Shown: positions 36,394 to 46,637, counted from the stretch's first letter. The stretch: 64,000 bases of DNA from an uncultured Gammaproteobacteria bacterium (GCA_964422025.1 CAYQYZ010000001.1:184200-248199); one strand, 5' to 3'. The notes: generated by a model from the letters alone, not told the origin. Translations and numbers: made by a program.

Positions 36394-37084
36394 TATGACA
36401 ATAATTGATGAATTGAAAAAAACAGGAAATCCGGAAAAAGCTCTCCATCACGCCCGATTTTTTAAAACTGGAAAAGGAGAATACGGAGAAGGTGATATTT
36501 TCTGGGGAGTAAATGTTCCGACACAACATGCAATTGCAAAGAAATACGTAAACTTACCTCTCGAGGAAATTCAAGAGCTTATTAATAGTCCTGTCCATGA
36601 ATGTCGACTAACGGGACTCCTAATCCTTGTAAATAAATTCAAGAAAGCAGATGAAAAACTCCGAAAGGATCTCCATACCTTCTATATGAACCATTCCAAG
36701 AAGATAAACAACTGGGATCTAGTCGACTCTTCGGCTGAGGAGCTGGTAGGGGAGTACTTGCTAGATAAGGATACTGGGGTATTAGAGAAATATGCACTCT
36801 CCGATAACCTCTGGCAACGTCGCATCGCTATAATAGCGACCTACGCCTTCATTAAGAAAGGTCGTTTTGACGAAACAATAAAGATTGCCACCATCCTCCT
36901 CCACGATCATCACGATCTTATTCACAAAGCTGTCGGCTGGATGTTGCGCGAAGCAGGAAAACGTGATCAGACAGTTCTTATTAGCTTACTCGACAAACAC
37001 TCCAAAACCATGCCCCGAACTATGTTGCGGTACGCGATTGAGAAGCTTGACACACCAATTAGGAAACAATATATGACTCGGTAA
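36383..37084 (+). CDS. DNA alkylation repair protein (AlkD/AlkC-like HEAT-repeat glycosylase family)
   Basis: Helical repeats, NWDLVDSSA...LWQRRIAIIATYAFIKKG...HKAVGWMLRE is the pattern of the PF08713 family. I chose the start at ATG 36383, overlapping the recG stop. Confidence 0.6.
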   Translation, partial: QMTNMTIIDELKKTGNPEKALHHARFFKTGKGEYGEGDIFWGVNVPTQHAIAKKYVNLPLEEIQELINSPVHECRLTGLLILVNKFKKADEKLRKDLHTFYMNHSKKINNWDLVDSSAEELVGEYLLDKDTGVLEKYALSDNLWQRRIAIIATYAFIKKGRFDETIKIATILLHDHHDLIHKAVGWMLREAGKRDQTVLISLLDKHSKTMPRTMLRYAIEKLDTPIRKQYMTR

Positions 37085-37127
37085 TACAATTATTGTAAAA
37101 ACGGGGGTTTTAGTGTAAAATACTCAT

Positions 37128-37277
37128 ATGGCACCACTTCCAAAAAGAAAACATTCAACCGCACGCAAAGGCAAGCGCATGATCGCTCGCAAAACTGCTA
37201 TGCCACAGCTTACCAACTGTGAACATTGCGACGCACCTAAAATTCCCCATCGTGTTTGTAAAAAATGCGGTAAATAG
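37128..37277 (+). CDS. rpmF: 50S ribosomal protein L32
   Basis: Manual translation MAPLPKRKHSTARKGKRMIARKTAMPQLTNCEHCDAPKIPHRVCKKCGK. Too short for the ORF track. Carries the Cys4 zinc ribbon. Confidence 0.7.
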   Translation: MAPLPKRKHSTARKGKRMIARKTAMPQLTNCEHCDAPKIPHRVCKKCGK

Positions 37278-37278
37278 T

Positions 37279-37638
37279 ATGGATAGACGCCACGAAATAC
37301 GCGTTTCGATTGTTCAACAACTATATTCTCTGAAATTTGCACCCCTTGACTCAAGTGACTCCGTAGACGTAAAAGTTCGAACAATCCTAAAAGTTGCTGA
37401 TGAAATTAACAAACTTATTACCGATGCAGCACCAAAATTCCCATTGGAAAAAATTTCAAGAGTCGATTTAAGCATTTTGCAAATGGCAATTTACGAACTC
37501 GTGTTTGAAAAGAAAACCCCACCCAAAGTTATTATTAATGAAGCAATTGAGCTAGCTCACGAAATGGGCAGTGAAAAAACACCCGGGTTTATAAACGCTG
37601 TTTTAGGTAAAATATTTGCAGACTATGAAGGACATTAA
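37279..37638 (+). CDS. nusB: NusB-like transcription antitermination factor
   Basis: Starts 2 nt after rpmF. RVSIVQQLYS...INEAIELAHEMGSEKTPGFINAVLGKI is the NusB pattern. The ORF-track start at 37219 overlaps rpmF. Confidence 0.6.
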   Translation: MDRRHEIRVSIVQQLYSLKFAPLDSSDSVDVKVRTILKVADEINKLITDAAPKFPLEKISRVDLSILQMAIYELVFEKKTPPKVIINEAIELAHEMGSEKTPGFINAVLGKIFADYEGH

Positions 37639-38311
37639 ATCACTCGAAGATAAAATTGGCATTCAATTCAAAGACGAAGAGCTTCTGCGAAGTGCGTTTG
37701 TTCACCGTTCATATTTAAATGAGAATAAAGATTTCAAATTTCCTTCTAATGAAAAGTTGGAATTTTTAGGCGACAGTGTTTTGTCACTTATTACCTCAAT
37801 CTACCTTTTTCGAAAATATCCAACACTTCAAGAAGGCGACTATACCGACATAAAGGCTTCGATTGTAAAAACAGAAAGTCTATTTGAAGCTGCCACCAAG
37901 CTCTCATTAGGAGACTACTTATATCTTTCCAAAGGAGAAGATGACAATAACGGCCGTGAAAGTACTTCAATTCTAGCTGATTGTTTTGAAGCTGTTCTGG
38001 CAACGATCTTTTTAGATCAAGGCTTTGATGTTGCTTATTCCTTTGTTGTTACATTCCTATTTATGGATAAACTCGGCAACATTGTCGAGAGCAAAGAGTA
38101 TTTGTCCGCAAAAAATCGATTGCAAGAATATTGGCAAGAAAAATATAAAACGCTTCCCGTTTACAAACTCATCGTCGAAGAAGGTCCTGAACATCATAAA
38201 AGCTACACAATTGGCGTCTATCACAAAGGAAAATTGCTCGGCCAAGGCAAAGGATGGTCTAAAAAGTCCGCAGAAGAAAAAGCTGCAAAAGATGCATTAA
38301 AAAGTTTGTAA
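37616..38311 (+). CDS. rnc: Ribonuclease III
   Basis: RNase III signature NEKLEFLGDSVL and a C-terminal dsRBD (YKTLPVYKLIVEEGPEHHKSYTIGVY...GKGWSKKSAEEKAAKDAL). Confidence 0.85.
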   Translation: MQTMKDIKSLEDKIGIQFKDEELLRSAFVHRSYLNENKDFKFPSNEKLEFLGDSVLSLITSIYLFRKYPTLQEGDYTDIKASIVKTESLFEAATKLSLGDYLYLSKGEDDNNGRESTSILADCFEAVLATIFLDQGFDVAYSFVVTFLFMDKLGNIVESKEYLSAKNRLQEYWQEKYKTLPVYKLIVEEGPEHHKSYTIGVYHKGKLLGQGKGWSKKSAEEKAAKDALKSL

Positions 38312-38331
38312 GTATGATATAATAAACCTAT

Positions 38332-38571
38332 ATGGCACTGAAAATCAAATTATTTCGAGTCGGAAAACGCAACGATCCAAAATACCGGATTGTTATTTCT
38401 GAACAACACAACAAACGCGAAGGCAAATATATTGACAATATTGGTCATTATGATCCTATTGCTCAACCGCATGTTTTGAAAGTTGACGATGAAAAATTAA
38501 AAAGCTGGATTGCAAAAGGAGCAACATTTACCGAAGGAACTAATAAACTGTTAGGTAAATCTGTTAAATAA
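38332..38571 (+). CDS. rpsP: 30S ribosomal protein S16
   Basis: MALKIKLFRVGKRNDPKYRIVISEQ...GHYDPIAQP. Confidence 0.85.
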   Translation: MALKIKLFRVGKRNDPKYRIVISEQHNKREGKYIDNIGHYDPIAQPHVLKVDDEKLKSWIAKGATFTEGTNKLLGKSVK

Positions 38572-38572
38572 T

Positions 38573-38809
38573 ATGCAGGATTTTCTTCATTACTTAATCG
38601 CACAAATTGTCGATGACGTAGATTCAATTTCTATAACCGAATCTACCGAAGGCGATGCTATTCGATTCGATGTAAAGCTAACTGAAGGCGAATACGGAAA
38701 AGTAATTGGAAAAGGTGGAAAGACAATCAATGCAATCAAAACGCTGCTTTACGTATACCAAGCTAAAAAAGAACAAACTCACCAACCAATCTTCATTAAT
38801 ATCGCATAA
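38573..38809 (+). CDS. KH-domain RNA-binding protein (YlqC/UPF0109-like)
   Basis: GKVIGKGGKTINAIKTLL is a KH GxxG loop. Conserved position after rpsP. Confidence 0.7.
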   Translation: MQDFLHYLIAQIVDDVDSISITESTEGDAIRFDVKLTEGEYGKVIGKGGKTINAIKTLLYVYQAKKEQTHQPIFINIA

Positions 38810-38819
38810 ATTTAAGACT

Positions 38820-39500
38820 CTACTGACTGAACGGATCTTCTTTAGATTCAAGTTGAATTTGTGGTTGACTCTCATCGGAAGGCGCAGCAATATTTCCATC
38901 ACGGGCTTCTATTTTTTGTAGCAGTTGCACCATTTTCTGATTAATCACTGGAACAGTATTAGACATACCATTTGTAGAAACGGCTTTGCTATGAAATTTC
39001 AATCTAAATATGGCCGATGAAATAGGTGGATTAATGGTTATATCTTCAATTGTTGCGACTCGAGTACCGGCCAATTGATATTGCTCTAGAAAGTTCAAGA
39101 AAGATGAAACTGTCCCAGTAGCTTCTGCTGATACTAATACTCCATCGGTACTTGTTCCTGAAAACGGGGATGAGAATGATGTAAACGTAACACCTGTATT
39201 AGTACCCATAACTTCCAACGAATTAAAAATCGAAAAATAATCTTCGGTGCTTGGTAACAGTCTATTAAGCGTGACGACTAATCTATCAAGATCATCGGGC
39301 GAATAACGAACTATCGTATCATTTTGCTTCTGCAAATCGGCAATTTCTGCTTTGGTTGTTTCAATTTTACTATTTGTATCAATAATCGCTCGTACATTGT
39401 TGGTTGATACTAGCGCAAGCATGCCCGTAAAAAGAACTAACGCTACTGCATACAGGACATTTTCTTTTAATATTCGTGTTAGCGCAAAATTTATTTTCAT
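38820..39500 (-). CDS. pilO: Type IV pilus assembly protein PilO-like
   Basis: N-terminal TM, coiled-coil (KAEIADLQKQNDTIV) then C-terminal domain. Sits downstream of pilM and pilN in the operon. Confidence 0.55.
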   Translation of the reverse strand: MKINFALTRILKENVLYAVALVLFTGMLALVSTNNVRAIIDTNSKIETTKAEIADLQKQNDTIVRYSPDDLDRLVVTLNRLLPSTEDYFSIFNSLEVMGTNTGVTFTSFSSPFSGTSTDGVLVSAEATGTVSSFLNFLEQYQLAGTRVATIEDITINPPISSAIFRLKFHSKAVSTNGMSNTVPVINQKMVQLLQKIEARDGNIAAPSDESQPQIQLESKEDPFSQ

Positions 39501-39501
39501 A

Positions 39502-40062
39502 TTATTTAAATGTTCCCGACAAATTCACTGATACAACAGGCCCGTTTTCGACAGTTTGTCCAATCGACAATGAGTCAACAACAAGTGTGGAGAATACATT
39601 TTTAAACATATTGCTTTCTACATTATTCATAAATTCATACGCTTCTGCTTGGCTACCAAAAACGACTGTTGTTTTAAATAGTTTACTTTTATCAACGGTA
39701 AATGTATTAATCGTCGCTGAGCCCGTCGATACGGGAAGAATGCTATTTAGTAGAGTGAAATATGTCTTAAAATGAGGGTCTTTTTCCAGAAGACCTGAAA
39801 GCGCGTTACTTTTTAACGCTATCAATTGCACTTTTTGAACTGTTTCTCGGCGAGTACTAAATTCATTTAACAGCGACTCTTTTTGTGCTAATAATTGTGC
39901 GTAATTGGCTTCAACTCGATTTTTTTGAATAAAAATCACTGAAAGGGCAATTATCGTAATAGCGCCCATTACAAATGTTGCCACACGCAAAAAGAATAGC
40001 GCTGAATGCACCCGAGAACTTACGATCTGTTGTGATAATAAATTTATTCGCTTGCCCGGCAT
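39502..40062 (-). CDS. pilN: Type IV pilus assembly protein PilN-like
   Basis: INLL motif at the N-terminus (MPGKRINLLSQQ), single TM, coiled-coil. Directly downstream of pilM. Confidence 0.6.
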   Translation of the reverse strand: MPGKRINLLSQQIVSSRVHSALFFLRVATFVMGAITIIALSVIFIQKNRVEANYAQLLAQKESLLNEFSTRRETVQKVQLIALKSNALSGLLEKDPHFKTYFTLLNSILPVSTGSATINTFTVDKSKLFKTTVVFGSQAEAYEFMNNVESNMFKNVFSTLVVDSLSIGQTVENGPVVSVNLSGTFK

Positions 40063-40067
40063 GATAG

Positions 40068-41162
40068 TTATATGGGTAACCCAGCTCCAATGGCCGGAAT
40101 AAACAATCCCAAATCCTTTTTGAAGTATTCGATAACCTGATTATTCTGCATAAATGGAGCCGGGGAGAAGCATACAACGGGTATGCCAACGGTTGACGCC
40201 AAGCGTGCATCAAGCCCGGCAAAATGGCATCCTTCGCCAATAATTGCAAGTTTTGAAATCGGCACCGAATACTTTTGTTTTGAAGAAATCACAAATTTTG
40301 AAACATCAGCAGCAAGTTCATTATAAGCAGCTGACAAAACATTTTGTATAGGCACAGGTGCAGGTTGTCCGGTAAGCCCAACTTGGGCTAACATTTTTTC
40401 AGCTTCTTCATCAGAAATATTAAAGTTACTTTTAATTTCTTTAAGAAAAATTTCCATGCCTACCATGAAACTATGCGTTTGCAATGGAATTCCCTGTGCT
40501 ACATCGTACAGAGCCAGCGATGTTGAAGCTGATCCAAGATTTAAGTATAACTCTAGCGAAGGTGCCGCTGCTGGGTTGGCCTTCTGAGTATGTGCTACAT
40601 GCGAAATAAACGTAAACAAAGCACTACTTTCATTCGTTATCGACACGGGTAGCAAATCGGCATGTTCAACGATTCCAGTAATTTTTTCAATAATTGTTTT
40701 GGCGGTCGCTACTAGTAATACCGCGGTTTTCTTATTCTTCTTGTCTTCAGTCAGCATTTGTAAATCAAGTGCGGCTTTATCGATCGGAATAGGAATATAT
40801 TGCTCAGCTTGATATCGAATTGCAGAAATCAACTCCTTTTCGGTTAATGTTGGCATTTCAAGAATTCGGGTATAACTTCGACTATCGGGAATTACAATTG
40901 CTGCATCGCGTGCAGAAATTTTGGTGTCTTTTACCATTTGTTTAATCAGCACGGCCAGTTTATTTGCAGCATCATCTGAGTCATTAATATATACATTTAG
41001 CGGAACGCGCTCATACGCAAGGGTGTCAGCGACAATATGATCCGATGAAACCGAGATTTTAGCCAGTTTTACAAATGTATCGCCAATATCAAGCACTATC
41101 TGATTAGAAGACATAGTTTCAGTATGTAAGATTTTCGGGGTAAAATCAAGTACAAACAGCAC
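40068..41162 (-). CDS. pilM: Type IV pilus assembly protein PilM (actin-like ATPase fold)
   Basis: IVLDIGDTFVKLAKI ... AIIGEGCHFAGL are actin-fold phosphate motifs. The start may be the internal Met at 41114. Confidence 0.7.
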   Translation of the reverse strand: MLFVLDFTPKILHTETMSSNQIVLDIGDTFVKLAKISVSSDHIVADTLAYERVPLNVYINDSDDAANKLAVLIKQMVKDTKISARDAAIVIPDSRSYTRILEMPTLTEKELISAIRYQAEQYIPIPIDKAALDLQMLTEDKKNKKTAVLLVATAKTIIEKITGIVEHADLLPVSITNESSALFTFISHVAHTQKANPAAAPSLELYLNLGSASTSLALYDVAQGIPLQTHSFMVGMEIFLKEIKSNFNISDEEAEKMLAQVGLTGQPAPVPIQNVLSAAYNELAADVSKFVISSKQKYSVPISKLAIIGEGCHFAGLDARLASTVGIPVVCFSPAPFMQNNQVIEYFKKDLGLFIPAIGAGLPI

Positions 41163-41726
41163 TTACTGGTAATTTTGAAGCTTCGTTTTTGTTTGATAGT
41201 AGAGCGTCGCTTTTTCTTCGCGAGTTGCAGGCGATCCAAACTGAGAAACCTGAAAACCAATGCTAACAAGCGGCGGACTAAATGATGATGTTCGTTCGCA
41301 ACTAAGCGAAAAATTGCTCACCACAACTTTTGTATTGGTTAGATATAGAGGGTTCGGACTTATAACAGCAGAATCAGATGCAATTTGTCCGTTTGACAAG
41401 TAAAAATAAAATCGATTTCCACTGGAATCTTTCATGTATACCGTATTTGAAGATGTTGGCGTTGTGGTTCCAGAAGTTGTTGAACACACTTCGGTTGTTA
41501 GCGCCGCGTCAGAATAAAGTGCGCTGGCACGTGTGTGCACGAGTTGTTCAATTGACGCCAGCGCGTCATCTCCATTTCGTTTAACTTGTTGCAAAATAAG
41601 TATTTTGGTCCGACTTTGTAAGTTAATTAAAAACAGACTAAACACTACCGGTAGTGTAAGTGCCAACACTCCGAGCGAAACGATGAGCTCAATAAGCGTA
41701 AATCCGTATTTAGTTTTTTTATACAT
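41163..41726 (-). CDS. Prepilin-type (N-methylation domain) pseudopilin / minor pilin
   Basis: N-terminal KYGFTLIELIVSLGVL class III signal peptide. Confidence 0.65.
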   Translation of the reverse strand: MYKKTKYGFTLIELIVSLGVLALTLPVVFSLFLINLQSRTKILILQQVKRNGDDALASIEQLVHTRASALYSDAALTTEVCSTTSGTTTPTSSNTVYMKDSSGNRFYFYLSNGQIASDSAVISPNPLYLTNTKVVVSNFSLSCERTSSFSPPLVSIGFQVSQFGSPATREEKATLYYQTKTKLQNYQ

Positions 41727-41729
41727 ATG

Positions 41730-42170
41730 TTATTCCCACGATGTAAAACGGGTATTAAGGGGAAGTGTTGTAACCACATTCCCTTCGTTCCATTCAACGG
41801 TTACATTTACATTTACCTGCGTACTGGTCCCATTTGTGAACGAAACATACCGCTTAAATACAATATCTGATCCTTGCCCCAATGTAAACGAGCTACCACA
41901 ATTGCCCGTAGCTCCCCATGCGGTAATCGGCGAGGTATTAAAACATTGTGTTCCCGACTTTGGAAAATTGGCAAAGCTTGTTTCTTTTTGGCCCTTAAGC
42001 CAATCTTTAAGTTCACTAGCGTAATACGTTGCCATAATGCGGCGCTGTGATTGTTTTGTATTACGGAGCGATGAAACCATGGCACTTGTAACAGCTAAAA
42101 AGATCATCGAAAATAGAGCGGAAAAAATTAGTACCTCGATTAGCGAAAAACCTGCACGATTTTTTTTCAT
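41730..42170 (-). CDS. Prepilin-type pseudopilin / minor pilin
   Basis: KKNRAGFSLIEVLIFSALFSMIFL prepilin leader. I chose the internal start at 42170. Confidence 0.6.
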   Translation of the reverse strand: MKKNRAGFSLIEVLIFSALFSMIFLAVTSAMVSSLRNTKQSQRRIMATYYASELKDWLKGQKETSFANFPKSGTQCFNTSPITAWGATGNCGSSFTLGQGSDIVFKRYVSFTNGTSTQVNVNVTVEWNEGNVVTTLPLNTRFTSWE

Positions 42171-42171
42171 A

Positions 42172-42702
42172 TCAGTTTGCTTCAACGATCCCGGCTCCAT
42201 TTATAGTAATTGTTTTAAATTTATTACTTTTTGTATTAGTAACGATTATCGATGAAATTCCAGAAACCGCAACTCCCGATGCTCGAAATTCCACCGAACC
42301 GGTTGTCGGAGTCAAAGACATGGATGGAGCTGTTAAAAAGGAAGCAATAGTTATGTCAGTGCATCCAGGGCCCAATGTACACGACGGCGACACATTTGCA
42401 CACATACTGGCTTGCAAAGCATACGATGAAGCGCTCAAAAGCGTTACTTTATACCCATCCAAGTCACACGCTGACTGATCAACACCCGCCAGAACAATTC
42501 CCGATTTGTCACCCGCCCGCGACTTCTTTTTTGCAAGTTCTATCGTCGAAATAAGCTCATTGGTGCCAGAATCAATTTTTTTGCTTTCGTTGAATGCGGT
42601 GTAGCCGCCTACGGACAGAGTCGAGAAGAGAATCATAATCGATATTACAATAAGGAGCTCTAAAAAAGAGAATCCTGCGTGAAGGTGTTTATTTTTGTCC
42701 AT
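42172..42702 (-). CDS. Prepilin-type pseudopilin / minor pilin
   Basis: HLHAGFSFLELLIVISIMILF prepilin leader. I chose the internal start at 42702. Confidence 0.6.
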   Translation of the reverse strand: MDKNKHLHAGFSFLELLIVISIMILFSTLSVGGYTAFNESKKIDSGTNELISTIELAKKKSRAGDKSGIVLAGVDQSACDLDGYKVTLLSASSYALQASMCANVSPSCTLGPGCTDITIASFLTAPSMSLTPTTGSVEFRASGVAVSGISSIIVTNTKSNKFKTITINGAGIVEAN

Positions 42703-43144
42703 ACGAGCCGTAGCATAAATTACAGACCATTCCTGTGCCGCAGGTATCTGCACCTGGCGTTGGAGCAACCGTACAGGCCGACGTTCCCTCCATCCGTGAT
42801 GCTAATATATAATCGGCTCCATTAAGCGTGTAGTAATACTTGCGTGCCGAGAGCGGATCTTGGGGAACAGTTTGCAGATATACATTTCCTGCTGCATCAG
42901 TTAATGCACCCGTTCCAAAAGGAAGACCATTTGAAGCAACTACCGGAGTCGGATACGCATTATTATTTTCTCGATAATTCTCCAAGGCTCCTCGAATAAG
43001 TTGCATATCAGCCTTTCGACGTCCATCGCGGCCGCCTTGTTGTACATTCGTGTATGAAGCAATGCCGATTGTAGCAAGAATAGTCATAATACTTATCACA
43101 ATCAGAAGTTCAACGAATGAGAATCCATCTTTATTTAGGAACAT
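42689..43144 (-). CDS. Type IV pilin / GspG-like pseudopilin
   Basis: KDGFSFVELLIVISIMTILATIGIASY then RDGRRKADM is the GspG/PilA-like N-terminal helix. C-terminal Cys pair. Confidence 0.65.
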   Translation of the reverse strand: MFLNKDGFSFVELLIVISIMTILATIGIASYTNVQQGGRDGRRKADMQLIRGALENYRENNNAYPTPVVASNGLPFGTGALTDAAGNVYLQTVPQDPLSARKYYYTLNGADYILASRMEGTSACTVAPTPGADTCGTGMVCNLCYGSYGQK

Positions 43145-43793
43145 ACCTTGATTGTACATTTCCAGAATAAAAAATCAAGAGATGATCCACCGCCAACTGA
43201 GGACTAATGTTATTCTTCATAATAAGTGTTCGTGTAGAGATAATTTCAGAAATAAGCTGGGCGATTTTTTGCGTTGGCTTGTTGGTCAGCGCGTGTTCGT
43301 GGAGTGTGGTCTGCATATGTAGTAAGAGTTCATCACAAAATGCTACGGCCTTTTCAGGTTTCTTTTGCATACCGTCATACGTTGTAAGGAGAACGCCGAG
43401 GCTTTTATCTAACGTGATAGGAGTGGATTTTCTGACTTTCTTCTCTAGGAACACCGTTTGAACTCGCGAGAGTATCGTTGGGAGCACCGCAGATTCATCA
43501 CTCGATACTAAAATAAACTGCGAACTTGGCAAACTTTCTTCAAGCGTTTTAAGCAATGTGTTTTGGCTTTCTGACTTTGCCGTTTCAAAATCAAATATAC
43601 ACACGAGAAGGGGAGTATCGCCCAACCGAGAAACCTGCTTATTAATTTCGCGAATTAGATCAATTTTCAGTTGCGTCCCGTCTTTACGGGCCGTTAGCAC
43701 ATGAGCGTCGTGAATACCTAGCTTTTTTTTCACATCAGAAATATATTTCTGCGCTTTTTTTTCATCATCCGTAACTAACAAAAGAGGAATCAT
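43131..43793 (-). CDS. DNA polymerase III delta'-like (clamp-loader-like, no Walker A) protein
   Basis: TILSRVQTVFL resembles the delta' sensor motif T-x-LSRC. 220 aa. Weak call. Confidence 0.4.
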   Translation of the reverse strand: MIPLLLVTDDEKKAQKYISDVKKKLGIHDAHVLTARKDGTQLKIDLIREINKQVSRLGDTPLLVCIFDFETAKSESQNTLLKTLEESLPSSQFILVSSDESAVLPTILSRVQTVFLEKKVRKSTPITLDKSLGVLLTTYDGMQKKPEKAVAFCDELLLHMQTTLHEHALTNKPTQKIAQLISEIISTRTLIMKNNISPQLAVDHLLIFYSGNVQSRYVPK

Positions 43794-43826
43794 AGTGATT
43801 GCATTTTAGCAGAGAATTCGGGTATA

Positions 43827-45554
43827 GTGAAAGTATCTATGGTTATTCCGGTAAAACAATTTCTTGATCTTTTAAAGGGCCAAAAATTGGTCTCTGAACC
43901 CGATGCAGCACGCTACGAGGTAGACGCGATTCGCAGGAATATGGAGATCGACACGTATTTGGCCGAGTTTACTAAAATCTCAAAAATCGACATTCTTAAA
44001 ACAAAAGCACAACTACTAAGCATTGCTTGGGTCGATGTAAGCAGCATTCCAATCGTTCCACAATTGTTAACGCTCGTTTCCGAGCCAGTTGCTCGAAAAT
44101 ATGTACTTATTCCCGTTTCTTTAGAGGAAAATGGTAGCCGACTGAAAGTTGCTATGGCAAATCCGTTTGATTTTCAGGTCATCGAATTTCTCGAGAAAAA
44201 AACTGGCAAAAAAATTGTTCCCACTCTTGCATTAGGTGAAGATATTGGGAAAATGATTGATACATTTTATACACAGGGATTGTCTCCTGACGTAGTCGAA
44301 GCGGTAAGAGATGCCCAGCCGAAAACGAAAACGATTAAAGCTGAGGATTTAGTAAGTGTACATGACGAAGCTCCGGTCGCACGAATCGTAAGTACTATTT
44401 TGGAGTATGCCATGAAAGGACGAGCTTCTGACGTTCATATTGAACCCCAAGAAACTCGAACCCGTATTCGATACAGAATTGATGGAATTCTGCAAGAAAA
44501 AATTACACTACCTAAAGGTATTCATGATTCTTTGGTTTCACGTATTAAGATTCTTTCTGACCTTAAAATCGATGAAAAGCGTATGCCACAAGATGGTCGT
44601 TTTAACTTTAAGCTGGGCGAGAATGAAGTCGATTTGCGCGTATCAACTTTGCCAACTGTTTTTGGAGAAAAAATTGTTATGCGACTTCTAAAAAAAACAG
44701 GTGGCGTTCCGTCACTAAATGAGCTTGGACTGCGCGGACCGCAGCTTAAAATTCTTGAAGAAGCAATTTTAAAACCATATGGAATTATTTTAGTTACTGG
44801 TCCGACAGGATCGGGAAAATCCACAACACTATACTCTGTATTATCCCGATTGAACCAGCCGGGAGTAAATATCTCTACGCTCGAAGACCCTGTTGAATAT
44901 CAGATGGCCGGAATTAATCAGGTGCAAGTCAATACATCTGCAGGACTTACATTTGCCACGGGTTTAAGAGCGTTTTTACGACAAGATCCTAATATTATCC
45001 TTGTAGGAGAAATTCGCGATGAGGAAACCACACAGCTTGCACTGCAGGCCGCTCTTACCGGACATTTGGTATTCTCTACGCTGCACACAAACGACGCTGC
45101 AACTGCGATTCCTCGATTAATTGACCTCGGGGGAGAGCCGTTTTTGATTGCATCGGTTCTAAACGGCGTTCTTGCCCAACGAATTGTGCGAAAAACGTGC
45201 ACGCACTGCGCCACAAAATATACTGCCCCTCCTGAAATTGCCCAGGATATTCGAAATGTCTTAGGTCCGCTGCTTCCACAACAATATGTAACGCCAAATA
45301 CTCCCATCACGCTTGTTAAAGGTGCCGGATGTGGGGAATGTAACAATTCGGGCTATTTGGGAAGAATGGGAATTTATGAAGTCATTAAAGTGACGCCTGC
45401 AATTAATCAGATGATCATCAAACACACCACCGCCCGAGAAATTGAAGACTTAGCCAAAAAAGAGGGAATGATTAAAATGAAAGAAGACGGATACCTTAAG
45501 GCGCTCGAAGGTACCACGACAGTTGAAGAAGTATTGCGCGTAGCGGAAATTTAG
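43827..45554 (+). CDS. pilB: Type IV pilus assembly ATPase PilB (GspE family)
   Basis: N-terminal GSPII_E_N domain. Walker A LVTGPTGSGKSTTLY, Asp box, Walker B, His box and tetracysteine (CTHCATKY...CGEC). Confidence 0.9.
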   Translation: MKVSMVIPVKQFLDLLKGQKLVSEPDAARYEVDAIRRNMEIDTYLAEFTKISKIDILKTKAQLLSIAWVDVSSIPIVPQLLTLVSEPVARKYVLIPVSLEENGSRLKVAMANPFDFQVIEFLEKKTGKKIVPTLALGEDIGKMIDTFYTQGLSPDVVEAVRDAQPKTKTIKAEDLVSVHDEAPVARIVSTILEYAMKGRASDVHIEPQETRTRIRYRIDGILQEKITLPKGIHDSLVSRIKILSDLKIDEKRMPQDGRFNFKLGENEVDLRVSTLPTVFGEKIVMRLLKKTGGVPSLNELGLRGPQLKILEEAILKPYGIILVTGPTGSGKSTTLYSVLSRLNQPGVNISTLEDPVEYQMAGINQVQVNTSAGLTFATGLRAFLRQDPNIILVGEIRDEETTQLALQAALTGHLVFSTLHTNDAATAIPRLIDLGGEPFLIASVLNGVLAQRIVRKTCTHCATKYTAPPEIAQDIRNVLGPLLPQQYVTPNTPITLVKGAGCGECNNSGYLGRMGIYEVIKVTPAINQMIIKHTTAREIEDLAKKEGMIKMKEDGYLKALEGTTTVEEVLRVAEI

Positions 45555-45576
45555 AAATTTTGTTAGATTTAATTAC

Positions 45577-46626
45577 ATGGACTTAGCTCAACTATTACAG
45601 TTAACTATCGAGAAAAAAGCGTCTGATTTGCATATTGTTCCACATTATTATCCGGCCATTCGGGTGAATGGGGAACTTACGCAGCTTAAAACATACCAGA
45701 TAATTGAACCTGCAACTGCGGCGGCTGTACTTACTTCTATTTTAACTTCCGAACAAAAAGAAAACTTCTTCGTTAATCGTGAACTTGATTTTGGATACAA
45801 CTACAATGGCATGCGATTTAGAGTTAATATGTATTTTACCAAAGGGGGAGTAGCGGCGTCATTTCGACTCATTTCTAATATTATACGAAGTCCGGAAGAA
45901 CTTGGATTACCAACAATACTCACATCTTTCACCAAACTGCGTCAAGGATTTGTACTTTTAACTGGTCCAACTGGAGAAGGAAAATCAACCACGCTTGCAT
46001 CTATTATTAATGAAATTAATCTGAATTCCGATCGACATATTTTAACTATTGAAGATCCGATTGAATATATGTACCCCGCAGCCAAAGCTATTGTTTCCCA
46101 ACGAGAGATTGGTCAAGATACTCATAATTGGAGCATTGCATTAAAATCTGCACTTCGTGAAGATCCAGATGTGGTATTAATCGGAGAAATGCGTGATTAT
46201 GAAACTATTCAAGCAGCGTTAACGATTGCAGAAACCGGGCATTTGGTTTTCTCGACCGTTCACACGAATTCGGCTTCTCAAACAATCGATCGTATTATTG
46301 ATGTTTTTCCAAATCATCAGCAAGCACAAATTCGTATACAACTTGCTTCAGTTTTGGCGGGCATTGTTACGCAACGTCTCGTTCCATCAAATACCGAAGG
46401 TCGTGTTCCAGCATGCGAAGTGTTGTTGAATAATTCCGCGACTGCCGCAACGATCCGCGAAGGAAAAACACATATGATTGATAATATTATCCAAACATCT
46501 TCAGCAGAAGGTATGATTTATTTTGAAAATAATTTAGCCAATCTTTATACAAGCGGCAAAATTAGTAAAGAAACAGCTTTGGGATATGCGATCCGACCTA
46601 CTGAAATTCAAAAGCTGATTAGTTAA
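45577..46626 (+). CDS. pilT: Twitching motility / pilus retraction ATPase PilT
   Basis: LLTGPTGEGKSTTLAS Walker A. 349 aa with no N-terminal extension, the PilT/PilU type. Confidence 0.85.
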   Translation: MDLAQLLQLTIEKKASDLHIVPHYYPAIRVNGELTQLKTYQIIEPATAAAVLTSILTSEQKENFFVNRELDFGYNYNGMRFRVNMYFTKGGVAASFRLISNIIRSPEELGLPTILTSFTKLRQGFVLLTGPTGEGKSTTLASIINEINLNSDRHILTIEDPIEYMYPAAKAIVSQREIGQDTHNWSIALKSALREDPDVVLIGEMRDYETIQAALTIAETGHLVFSTVHTNSASQTIDRIIDVFPNHQQAQIRIQLASVLAGIVTQRLVPSNTEGRVPACEVLLNNSATAATIREGKTHMIDNIIQTSSAEGMIYFENNLANLYTSGKISKETALGYAIRPTEIQKLIS

Positions 46627-46637
46627 TTATTTATCTC

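Noticed and set aside
37124-37384. Minus-strand 86-aa ORF
   Set aside because: Antisense to rpmF (L32) and the nusB start, both of which have strong family signatures.
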